Part shown: one piece after another, positions 27,832 through 36,077 of the stretch
Numbering within the stretch: position 1 is the stretch's first letter
Layout of the letters: every line of letters starts with the position of its first letter
Source: an uncultured Gammaproteobacteria bacterium
GTDB lineage: Bacteria > Patescibacteriota > Patescibacteriia > UBA1544
Assembly: GCA_964652585.1 (NCBI GenBank)
Contig: CAZZDA010000003.1
Coordinates: 1 to 46,453, forward strand
Direction: 5' to 3'
DNA length: 46,453 nt
Program-made: the position numbers and the translations under genes
Notes under the pieces: generated by a model
The model's database searches: none
Told to the model about the DNA's origin: nothing
Seen by the model: only the letters and a program-made list of their open reading frames with translations

Positions 27832-30004
27832 GCAGTGTACGTATCTCCCCGCTAAAAGGTTTACCAAAAGGTGCTCCCGGAACAACGACAGGCTGTGTGT
27901 TGAGTAAGTTTTTCAGAACCGCTCCATACACTGCAAAACGCATCGGCGTTATTTCCAGTATATGCACCATGTCACGCAGGTTTTGTGGAACAGTCAAGAC
28001 CGCTGTATTGATAAAGACCTCCGGTCTGTCATTACGAAGTCCAAAGGGTATACCATACCGGTGCGCGCTTAATAATGATTCTTGAAGCGTGTTCCCCTCC
28101 TCATCCAAAAGACGAACACGCCACGCGAACGGATCAATAACCTTTACGTTTTTTTGTATATTCATATACAATGGCAGTACTATACTATCTTCTTCCGACA
28201 GTGCTTGTGTATCAATATTCGTATCAAGGGTGATACTCAGAATCGTAAGCGCTTCCGATCGTGCGGATCGTACTATTTTTTTCTCATCAGAGATCGCTAT
28301 ATTTTCCATAGGCAATACTACAGCACCCCTCTTTTGTAAAAGATAGCTCGTTCCCGCATTACCATTCTCCACGAGCGAAAAATACGCAAGCTGCTCATGA
28401 AATAAGGTCATGCGCTCTTGGACAGACTGCGTAAGAGAGTCATGCGGCTGTGTGTTGGAAAAATAGTCAAAGGTATCTTGGGTATTCCAGAGGATCAGTT
28501 TTGTTTCATGGGGCAGTACGTAGGGTTCTACGCCAAATTGAAAAGACTGCTGCCATACGTAATGGAGTGATGAGAGCTGCTTACGTGATGAAAGATGTGG
28601 AAGATACGCGTATGATGCTGCTGCCGCTGTATTTCGCGGTATGCGTTCTAAAAGTTGCCACGCGGCTTCTAGAGGTATGGTTGTTGTTGGCGGAGAAAGT
28701 ATAGCGCGCGTAAATGGAACAAACGGTCCTACCGCAATAGCCATATAGAACACCCCCACAAAAACAAAGAAGAGCGGGAATTGTTTTCCAAGATACAAAA
28801 ACATCTCCCAAAAATATGCAGTAGAGCGCAATACTAATTTCTTCCAGCGCGGAATATTCACAAGAACATAGGCAAGACCGGCAGATCCTGCGATAAAGAG
28901 CGCGGGTAAGAACAAAAGTCCGTGATGCGTTTGCAATATCAACAAACCTCCTCCCGTAGAAAGCACTACTATTTTGAGGAAGGTGGGAAGCACGAGAATA
29001 AGGTAGCGGGAACGAAAAAGAGGCAACATACCTATAGTAAGTAAGAGCACAAGAGTCATGGCACTATTGCCCAAGGAGAAAAAATGTACTACAAATTCCA
29101 AAAAGGTTGTATCGCTCGTCCAAGCATAGTAGTGCCAAAACGCATACCCTCCACTGGGGCGAAAGGCGTTAATTCCCCAACCGGCTACTATAAACCACAC
29201 ACTACTTACCACAATAGGAAGGATGCCAAAAACGATGGCTTTTTTCTTTGCGCGCCATAGGTGTTGGACACCCTCTTGGGCGTCCGACACCTGCGAAGCT
29301 TGGCGCGCAAAGAAATACCACACTTCTTTCAAAAATCCTTTATCTCCCAAATGCAATTTCGCATATATGAGATACTTCTCAAAAAAATACAGTACGCCAA
29401 ACATACTCACGACAAGAGAAACATCCTCCCGAACTAAGAGACTTGCTAAAGCAAAAAAAAGAAATAGCACTATTTGTTTTTTGAGAAAAAAATACCCTGT
29501 CCATAAGAGCAAAGGTACCGCAAACACCAGCATATGAAATTCAAAAAGGTTTGAATTTTGAACGACGGGATTGAGAAGATACACACCTGCCATAACAAGC
29601 GCCCATGTATTTTTATGCGGTATTTTTTTTAAAAAATACTCCGCGATGCGATACACCGGATATGCACCGATTGCAAGAGCAACTGTCTGCAAAAAGAGAA
29701 GAACAAACGGGTAATAAAGCGCATTACTGACAAACTGCGCCGCAAAACCATACACCGGCACCAGAAAAGGAATAAGAAGCGACCAATGATCTCCAAGATA
29801 CGAATGCCCCTGTATGGAGCTTTCAAACCATCTCCCCTCGCTTGCATTCCAAAATACTTGATTAAAGATCGCCAGATCAATGCCATCATAAAGAAAGTGC
29901 GTGTATTTCCAAAAAGAAAAAAGAGAGAAGACTGCAATGTACAAAAAAACAGCTCCCCAAAGAATTTTTTTAGTATGGTTATTGCAAAATGTAAGAATAC
30001 TCAT
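27812..30004 (-). CDS. DUF2079 membrane protein (putative GT-C)
   Basis: DLAIFNQ.FW, LGDHWS, FEFH, VRED, PHLSSR. Confidence 0.8.
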   Translation of the reverse strand: MSILTFCNNHTKKILWGAVFLYIAVFSLFSFWKYTHFLYDGIDLAIFNQVFWNASEGRWFESSIQGHSYLGDHWSLLIPFLVPVYGFAAQFVSNALYYPFVLLFLQTVALAIGAYPVYRIAEYFLKKIPHKNTWALVMAGVYLLNPVVQNSNLFEFHMLVFAVPLLLWTGYFFLKKQIVLFLFFALASLLVREDVSLVVSMFGVLYFFEKYLIYAKLHLGDKGFLKEVWYFFARQASQVSDAQEGVQHLWRAKKKAIVFGILPIVVSSVWFIVAGWGINAFRPSGGYAFWHYYAWTSDTTFLEFVVHFFSLGNSAMTLVLLLTIGMLPLFRSRYLILVLPTFLKIVVLSTGGGLLILQTHHGLLFLPALFIAGSAGLAYVLVNIPRWKKLVLRSTAYFWEMFLYLGKQFPLFFVFVGVFYMAIAVGPFVPFTRAILSPPTTTIPLEAAWQLLERIPRNTAAAASYAYLPHLSSRKQLSSLHYVWQQSFQFGVEPYVLPHETKLILWNTQDTFDYFSNTQPHDSLTQSVQERMTLFHEQLAYFSLVENGNAGTSYLLQKRGAVVLPMENIAISDEKKIVRSARSEALTILSITLDTNIDTQALSEEDSIVLPLYMNIQKNVKVIDPFAWRVRLLDEEGNTLQESLLSAHRYGIPFGLRNDRPEVFINTAVLTVPQNLRDMVHILEITPMRFAVYGAVLKNLLNTQPVVVPGAPFGKPFSGEIRTLLNELQK
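29243..29315. repeat. 73-bp palindromic element inside the DUF2079 coding sequence
   Basis: Perfect 15-bp outer stem 29243-29257/29301-29315 and an inner stem 29259-29292. Confidence 0.75.
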
Positions 30005-30029
30005 ACTTCGCGCAAAAATATTGTATTGA

Positions 30030-30062
30030 AGACACCCGATGTCTCAAGAGACGCCGGGTGTT
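30030..30062. terminator. REP-like hairpin after the last pilin gene
   Basis: GACACCCGATGTCTCAAGAGACGCCGGGTGT, nearly the reverse complement of 5058-5092. Confidence 0.7.
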
Positions 30063-30090
30063 TTAGTTTTGCGTTGTGATACGTGATTAC

Positions 30091-30549
30091 TTAGGGAAGG
30101 ACATTCTTTTGAATCGCGTCAAAGATGAAGCTGGAGATAGTAAACGCGGCAATAACAATGACCAAGCCAATAGTTGAATTGATGAGGATCTTTCTTGCTT
30201 TACCAACTGTTTCATCATTCCCGCCCGCGGTCATCCATAAAAATCCCGCATAAATGATAAGGATAAGAAAAATAATTCCCAAAAATCCCAATATGACATT
30301 AATGATTCCTCCAATCTTGTCCGCAAGCTCTCCGGAATCAGTTACCGCAGTCTGTCCGTAGACGGTATTTCCCGTATCGCTTAAAATGGTTTCAGCCTCG
30401 CCTATGAACCCTGTTTGCGCGATAGTGGTAGGAGCAACACTAAATGTCATCACCGTAAATGAACCGGTAAATATAAGTGCTAAAAACATTAAAATGCTTT
30501 TGGAAACAACTGTACTTTCACGTAGTTTTTCTAAAGTTTTTTGTAGCAT
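30091..30549 (-). CDS. TrbC/VirB2-like pilin
   Basis: Signal peptide (TIA|QT), IINVILGFLGIIFLILIIYAGFLWMTAGGNDE..KARK..IGLVI. Confidence 0.85.
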   Translation of the reverse strand: MLQKTLEKLRESTVVSKSILMFLALIFTGSFTVMTFSVAPTTIAQTGFIGEAETILSDTGNTVYGQTAVTDSGELADKIGGIINVILGFLGIIFLILIIYAGFLWMTAGGNDETVGKARKILINSTIGLVIVIAAFTISSFIFDAIQKNVLP

Positions 30550-30557
30550 AGCACAAC

Positions 30558-30626
30558 GTCATTCCACACCCGATGCGGAATCCATAAAGAACATGCAATA
30601 TGAATTCCCGCCTTCGCGGGAATGAC
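30558..30626. repeat. dRS3-like palindromic element
   Basis: GTCATTCC...GGAATGAC ends; ATTCCC-N8-GGGAAT at 30604-30623. Confidence 0.8.
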
Positions 30627-30655
30627 AGGTTATTTAAAGGTATAGAGCAAATATC

Positions 30656-30714
30656 TTATCCACAGTATAGCATACTGTTGAAAAGTTGACAAATATTGAT
30701 AGTTTTGGTATATT
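30656..30714. promoter_or_regulatory. divergent promoters with a DnaA box and a palindrome
   Basis: TTATCCACA 30656-30664; minus-strand TGCTATACT 30672-30664; plus-strand TTGACA 30686-30691, 17 bp, TATATT 30709-30714. Confidence 0.65.
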
Positions 30715-30746
30715 ACCGTGTCAATTGATCTTTGAAAAAACATCTT

Positions 30747-30836
30747 GTCATTCCGCACTTGATGCGGAATCCATCCATGTATTTGTATAGATTCCCGCCG
30801 CAATTTATCCCGTACTTGATACGGGGCGGGAATGAC
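30747..30836. repeat. second dRS3-like palindromic element
   Basis: GTCATTCCGCACTTGATGCGGAATC...GATTCCCGCC..GGCGGGAATGAC. Confidence 0.8.
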
Positions 30837-30892
30837 AACCTCATCGTTCCAACTTCTTTGCCCACAACCCCTGCCTAAAAAGGAGATTCACC

Positions 30893-31426
30893 ATGAAGAA
30901 ACTGTTGATCGTCACCACCACACTGTCCGCAATTCTACTTACTTCTGCTTGTTCTGTTGGTCCGCGGTATGTCAACCGAACCGTTGTCCACACGGACAAG
31001 GAAACCGGCGATGTCTTTACCGATACACAGAGAGGATTTGTTATCCTTGACCCGTGGGAATCTACGCCAGATAGGGCTAAAGCAGGTCGTACCGCTGCGC
31101 TCACCTCTCCCGAGGTGGAGAGGATGTACATTGAGAATGATTTGCTGAGGTACGGAAAATTGCCGACAAGAAGTACGAGATTCGTTGGTACACTCAGCAA
31201 CACAAGTAGTGAGGACGGCACTGTTGAAATACAACTGACCAATGCACTCACCGGCAAACCATTTCCCGTTGAAAGTCTCAGTAGAGGTGAAGAGAAACGG
31301 GTCTCCGTTCCAGGAGGTAATTACAATGGTAGGTGCAGAGAAAAAGGACGCTCTACCTGGAGCCAGCCCTTTGATATTCCAGTACACAAACATGGTTGGT
31401 GGGGAGAATGCCACCTCACCGATTAA
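30893..31426 (+). CDS. hypothetical lipoprotein-like secreted protein
   Basis: AAGGAG SD, MKK + hydrophobic stretch + LTSAC lipobox-like site; own promoter and terminator. Confidence 0.7.
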   Translation: MKKLLIVTTTLSAILLTSACSVGPRYVNRTVVHTDKETGDVFTDTQRGFVILDPWESTPDRAKAGRTAALTSPEVERMYIENDLLRYGKLPTRSTRFVGTLSNTSSEDGTVEIQLTNALTGKPFPVESLSRGEEKRVSVPGGNYNGRCREKGRSTWSQPFDIPVHKHGWWGECHLTD

Positions 31427-31437
31427 GACCTACCTAT

Positions 31438-31467
31438 AACTTGCAACGCCACGTTGCAAGTTTTTTT
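31438..31467 (+). terminator. intrinsic terminator
   Basis: AACTTGCAACG-CCA-CGTTGCAAGTT followed by a T run. Confidence 0.8.
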
Positions 31468-31469
31468 AT

Positions 31470-31955
31470 TTAATCAGGAGGAGCACCGCCACTACCATCT
31501 GCTCCCGAACCCCCAACCGCATTGCCCAAAACATTAAAAATAAATGCACTTAATGTGAACGCGACAATGACAATAACGAGCCCAATAGTTGCCATTTGAA
31601 GCACATTGCGAGCCTTTGTCACCTGCTCCTCTTTGCCCGCGGCCGTCATCCATAAAATACCGCCATAAATGATAAGAATGAGAAACACCACGCCCAGTAA
31701 GCTTAAAAAACCTTTCAGTATCGCACCAACACGTTGCGCGAGATCGGTACTTGAATCAGTATTTTCCGTATCAAATCCGGCACCTGTGCCAAGTAATTGT
31801 AAAAAACTTCCTTGACCTGTCGCTCCTTTAAGATCTTTTTTAGCAGGAGTCGTTTCTATAGCAAATGCCGCGCCTGTAGACAGCAATAAACCGGAAGCAA
31901 CAGCTATACACACTATATATTGTATGAAACGATTCATGGTCATAGAGTTACGCAA
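31470..31955 (-). CDS. TrbC/VirB2-like pilin with Gly/Ser tail
   Basis: AFA| signal; LSLLGVVFLILIIYGGILWMTAAGKEEQVTKAR..IGLVI. Confidence 0.85.
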   Translation of the reverse strand: MRNSMTMNRFIQYIVCIAVASGLLLSTGAAFAIETTPAKKDLKGATGQGSFLQLLGTGAGFDTENTDSSTDLAQRVGAILKGFLSLLGVVFLILIIYGGILWMTAAGKEEQVTKARNVLQMATIGLVIVIVAFTLSAFIFNVLGNAVGGSGADGSGGAPPD

Positions 31956-32391
31956 CTGGTGACTTTGTTAATACATCAAAAATATAATTGGTAAGCGCAT
32001 AGGCGGAAAATACAACAATGGTCCCTGCCACTGCAGCACCAAGCACCATCCTTGCCTTACGCACTCGCTCGTCATTTCCGGCAGCCGTCATCCACATCAC
32101 TCCGCCGTAGATCATAAGAATCAGAAAAATACCACCTATAAGGAAAAGTACGGCACCTACAACTTTTCCAATGTAACCTGGAAGGTTTTTTCCTGTACCT
32201 TCTAACCCCCCTGTTTTAGCTGTTGCTTCCAACCCATACTCATCAGCAGCATACACACCCTGCACAACCGCAAAACCCGCTACACTAAATAGAAGGCAGA
32301 AAAGAAACATCCAAAGGATAAGCTTGGAATTTGAGTATGTAACTATTTGGAATTTATTTGTCATTTGATGCTTGGAATTTGGAATTTCCAT
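31948..32391 (-). CDS. TrbC/VirB2-like pilin
   Basis: IFLILMIYGGVMWMTAAGNDERVRKAR. The N-terminus is translated heptamer repeat, so the start is uncertain. Confidence 0.83.
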   Translation of the reverse strand: MEIPNSKHQMTNKFQIVTYSNSKLILWMFLFCLLFSVAGFAVVQGVYAADEYGLEATAKTGGLEGTGKNLPGYIGKVVGAVLFLIGGIFLILMIYGGVMWMTAAGNDERVRKARMVLGAAVAGTIVVFSAYALTNYIFDVLTKSPVA

Positions 32392-32453
32392 CAGCTAATG
32401 CTGATGGTAGTATAGCAAAAGCCATCTATTTGCACAAATCACTTTGTACACAA

Positions 32454-32483
32454 ACAAGAGCCCCGATACTTCGGGGCTCTTGT
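32454..32483 (-). terminator. intrinsic terminator
   Basis: 13-bp stem ACAAGAGCCCCGA/TCGGGGCTCTTGT. Confidence 0.8.
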
Positions 32484-32509
32484 GAAGAGAGTTTTCTTGA
32501 GATTGCTCT

Positions 32510-32896
32510 TTAGCTGAATGTTGATGTGCTATCCGTTGCTGAAAGCATGCTGTTAATCACGAATATGATAAGTGCGTAAGAGGCAAAGATAATAACCAAA
32601 CCGATAAGTCCGGCTACAATGTAGCCGCGCCCTTGCGCTATTCTATCTTCATTACCTCCCGCGGTCATCCAGAAGAAGCCGCCTAAGAGCATGACGATCA
32701 ATGCAACAATGCCCAAGAAGCCCATGAGAATGTTCACAATGCTCATGATAGCACTTCTGAATTCTCTTGTACCAAAACCGAGTTGTCCACCATAAGAAAC
32801 ACCGAAATCAAATGTCTGCGCAAGAACCGGAGTTGCAGACATTACAAACAAGAATGCAAAGCCTGCAAGTATAATTGCTTTTTTTGAAAGTTTCAT
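32510..32896 (-). CDS. TrbC/VirB2-like pilin (putative major pilin, copy B)
   Basis: AAAGGAGGTG SD, MKLSKK..VLA|QT, LGGFFWMTAGGNEDR. Confidence 0.88.
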   Translation of the reverse strand: MKLSKKAIILAGFAFLFVMSATPVLAQTFDFGVSYGGQLGFGTREFRSAIMSIVNILMGFLGIVALIVMLLGGFFWMTAGGNEDRIAQGRGYIVAGLIGLVIIFASYALIIFVINSMLSATDSTSTFS

Positions 32897-32977
32897 GATT
32901 TCACCTCCTTTCTTCATGTTCTTTTTTTGAACAATTGTGGCGTACAAACACCTGTGGGAATAGTGTATCATACAAAA

Positions 32978-33003
32978 ACAAGAGCCGCAACCGCGGCTCT
33001 TGT
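32978..33003 (-). terminator. intrinsic terminator
   Basis: ACAAGAGCCGC/GCGGCTCTTGT with a U tract on the minus strand. Confidence 0.8.
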
Positions 33004-33025
33004 GTACTTCTCTATGAAGTAGTGA

Positions 33026-33412
33026 TTAGGTGAATGATGCACCGCTATCTGTTGCTTGAAGCATGCTATTGATCACGAAGATAATAAGTGCGTAAGAGGC
33101 AAAGATAATGACTAAACCGATAATACCGGCAACAATGTAACCTCGCGCACTGGCGATCTTATCTTCATTGCCACCTGCCGTCATCCAAGTAAAGCCACCC
33201 AAGAGTATTACCACTAACGCGATAATACCTAGGAATCCCATAAGAATATTCACAATGCTCATGATAGCACTTCTGAATTCTCTTGTACCAAAACCGAGTT
33301 GTCCACCATAAGAAACACCGAAATCAAATGTCTGCGCAAGAACCGGAGTTGCAGACATTACAAACAAGAATGCAAAGCCTGCAAGTATAATTGCTTTTTT
33401 TGAAAGTTTCAT
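33026..33412 (-). CDS. TrbC/VirB2-like pilin (putative major pilin, copy A)
   Basis: Same SD and N-terminal half as 32510-32896; LGGFTWMTAGGNEDK. Confidence 0.88.
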   Translation of the reverse strand: MKLSKKAIILAGFAFLFVMSATPVLAQTFDFGVSYGGQLGFGTREFRSAIMSIVNILMGFLGIIALVVILLGGFTWMTAGGNEDKIASARGYIVAGIIGLVIIFASYALIIFVINSMLQATDSGASFT

Positions 33413-33467
33413 GATTTCACCTCCTTTCCTTTTTTCTTTATGTATTCTTCCATATTCTGTATTCTAC

Positions 33468-33496
33468 ATTATACAAGAAAACACGACCTTTAACAA
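33468..33496 (-). promoter_or_regulatory. sigma70 promoter of pilin A
   Basis: TTGTTA (33496-33491), 17 bp, TATAAT (33473-33468). Confidence 0.65.
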
Positions 33497-33622
33497 ATTT
33501 GAGTTGTCCACAGTGAATTACAAAACTCAAATCACACAGATTCTTCGTTCGCTACACGCATTCGGAATGACACAGCATTTTTTATTTCATGTTCCATGTT
33601 ACGTGTTATGAGTTATGTGAGA

Positions 33623-35059
33623 TCACCACGTTGCCCCAACTTTTGCGGCAGCATCTGCGGCAAGCAGTGGAATAATATCTGCAATTGTTTTATTTTCTTC
33701 CAGCTGTTGTGATTCCACAACAATAGTATCTATAAGATCAATCAATACTTCCTCCATCTGTACAGCACCTCTTCCCTTATACCAACTTTTTGCCGTCAAT
33801 ACACCATCAATATATGAACGAAGAATCTCATCTTTTTTCTGCTCATTAATAAGCGACCGAAGAGCGGCAGGTTTCCCTGTTTTTTTGCTATAGATATTTG
33901 CCTGTGCAGCTTGAGTTGCAAAAAGAACAAAATCCCAGGCTTCTTGTGGATGTTTTGACCTATGCGGTACGGACTCTATCCAATAATTCGCAAAATTTAC
34001 CGGCTTTTCAGGATTCACTTGTGGAACCGGCACGACGCCAAAGTCCAGCTTCGGCGCATGTGCTTGAATAATAGGTCTATGATAAGCATACCCAAAGAAA
34101 AATGCCGTTTTTTCACCGACAAATGCGTCAAACGATCCCGGCATATCCACATTCCAGGTATACACTGCCTTTAAAGGGTTTGCAAAATCAGTATAGAATT
34201 GTAATGCCTGCAATCCCGGAGCGGTTAAATTTCCTTCTCTATCCCTTCCTCCTTGTGCAAATGTTACTGCACTACCACTCACGAGAGAAGCACCATTTTG
34301 CATCATGAGAAGCGAGAGAATATCCGTACTCCGCTCAACATTACTCCCCGTACCAAGCGCCGCTCCCGCTTGTAAAATCTCATTATCTTCATTCACAAAC
34401 GTTAGCTGCTGTACCATGGTCACAAATTCTTCCCATGTCCTTGGCGGCTGCGGAATATTTGCCGCATTCATGAGCTGTCGATTATAGTACAACACAAGCG
34501 TATCAAGCGCGTACGGAAATCCCCAAACCTCATTATCATAAATTATATCTCCCGCAACCACATCAACATACTGCGCGCGAATTTGTGCCATGCTCGGAAT
34601 AGGCGTAGGGCGTAATTCCGTTACGGTTTCCTTTTTAATACCAAGTGCTTTTTGAGTTACTTCATAGAGCAATACTATGTTATCCGGCATGGGCGTCATG
34701 CGTTCCTGGTAACGCGCTACCCAGGTGTTGGGAAGAGAGAAAATATCAGGCCCCCTATCATCCGCCCAGGCCTGCAGCAGCTGTTCTTCATACTCCTCCA
34801 TCCGGAACTTTTTATAGCGTATACTGATGTTTGGATGAATGGATTTGTAGCGAGTAAAAATGTCCGAGAGATCGCTCGGGCTGTGCCACACTCCCCAATA
34901 CGTAAGTTCTATGGGCTGCGCGGCGTTTTTCTCTTCTTTACTTTTAATACACTTACATCGAAAACCCGGGGCAACCAAAACCGCAATAACCAAAACCGCA
35001 AGTATGGTTATTTTAAAATGTAAAAATTTTGGTAACATACATTTCTTCATAATGCACAC
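33623..35059 (-). CDS. extracellular solute-binding protein, family 1 (sugar-type), membrane anchored
   Basis: LTYWG, GPDIF, DTLVLYYN, PRTWEE, LDFGVVPVPQ, AWDF. Confidence 0.88.
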   Translation of the reverse strand: MCIMKKCMLPKFLHFKITILAVLVIAVLVAPGFRCKCIKSKEEKNAAQPIELTYWGVWHSPSDLSDIFTRYKSIHPNISIRYKKFRMEEYEEQLLQAWADDRGPDIFSLPNTWVARYQERMTPMPDNIVLLYEVTQKALGIKKETVTELRPTPIPSMAQIRAQYVDVVAGDIIYDNEVWGFPYALDTLVLYYNRQLMNAANIPQPPRTWEEFVTMVQQLTFVNEDNEILQAGAALGTGSNVERSTDILSLLMMQNGASLVSGSAVTFAQGGRDREGNLTAPGLQALQFYTDFANPLKAVYTWNVDMPGSFDAFVGEKTAFFFGYAYHRPIIQAHAPKLDFGVVPVPQVNPEKPVNFANYWIESVPHRSKHPQEAWDFVLFATQAAQANIYSKKTGKPAALRSLINEQKKDEILRSYIDGVLTAKSWYKGRGAVQMEEVLIDLIDTIVVESQQLEENKTIADIIPLLAADAAAKVGATW

Positions 35060-35069
35060 ATTCTCTGTA

Positions 35070-35942
35070 TTACAACATTACTTTTTTAAGATAACGCCGA
35101 AGACCGCTCCGCACTTCCGGATGTTTCAGACCATAATCAATCGTTGCTTCCAAAAATTGCAGTTTATTTCCGCAATCGTAGCGCCTGCCCTCAAACTCAT
35201 ACGCATAGAGTGCTTTGTGGCGCACTACAGCGCGAAAAGCGTCAATTAAACGTATTTCTCCTCCCTTACTTGACTTCGCATAGGAAAGTGCCGCGAGTAT
35301 TTCCGGAGTTATAATATATTTTCCGGTTATCGCAAGGTTGCTTTGTATGGTATCGGGCTTTGGCTTTTCAACCAAACGCTTAATATCATAGACGCGCTCT
35401 TCCACCTGAACGCCATCAATGATCCCATACTTGTCCTTATCTTTCTTAGGAACTTTCATCACCGCGATTACCGGATCCAAATACCGTTCATACACTTCCA
35501 TCATTTGCTTAAGAGCAGGTTTTTTTGCATCAATAATATCATCACCAAAGAGCACGGCCACCGGCTCATCTACCCCTATCAGATCACGGGCTTGCAAAAT
35601 AGCATGTCCATCACCTAATGGCTGCTTTTGCCGCACATAAAAAAAGTTGCAGAGCTCAGATATCTCTTTGACGCCGCGCAACTGTTCTTTTTTACCACCT
35701 TTCCGCAATCGATATTCCAATTCAAAATTCCTGTCAAAGTGGTCTTCAATGGCACGCTTGTTTTGACCGGTAACAAAAATAATATCCGTAATACCGGACG
35801 CCACTGCTTCCTCTACAATATACTGGATCACCGGCTTATCAACTACCGGAAGCATTTCTTTTGGCTGGGCTTTTGTTGCAGGCAAAAAGCGTGTGCCAAA
35901 ACCGGCAACAGGTATAATAGCTTTGCGTATAGGTGTTAGCAT
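35070..35942 (-). CDS. galU: UTP--glucose-1-phosphate uridylyltransferase
   Basis: KAIIPVAGFGTRFLPATKAQPKEMLPVVDKP, RQKQPLGDGHA, VEKP, YDCGNK. Confidence 0.96.
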   Translation of the reverse strand: MLTPIRKAIIPVAGFGTRFLPATKAQPKEMLPVVDKPVIQYIVEEAVASGITDIIFVTGQNKRAIEDHFDRNFELEYRLRKGGKKEQLRGVKEISELCNFFYVRQKQPLGDGHAILQARDLIGVDEPVAVLFGDDIIDAKKPALKQMMEVYERYLDPVIAVMKVPKKDKDKYGIIDGVQVEERVYDIKRLVEKPKPDTIQSNLAITGKYIITPEILAALSYAKSSKGGEIRLIDAFRAVVRHKALYAYEFEGRRYDCGNKLQFLEATIDYGLKHPEVRSGLRRYLKKVML

Positions 35943-36077
35943 AATATGTAAAAGCACTTAGCATTAACAACGATGAGTATACCACAATTTGGTACAAAGT
36001 TAAAATTGATTGTAAAGAAAAAAGCACAGATTCATATCCATGCTTCTACAAAAGAGCATACCTGCCATGATGCGTCA

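Noticed and set aside
32897-32971. N-terminal extension of pilin B in the ORF track
   Set aside because: The SD and the identical paralogue place the start at 32896
32510-33412. Diversity-generating retroelement TR/VR pair
   Set aside because: Differences are not adenine-specific (many C/T third-position changes) and no reverse transcriptase is present
30091-33412. Type IV (GFTLIE) pilins
   Set aside because: No class III prepilin motif; the Sec-type signal and two-helix core fit VirB2/TrbC
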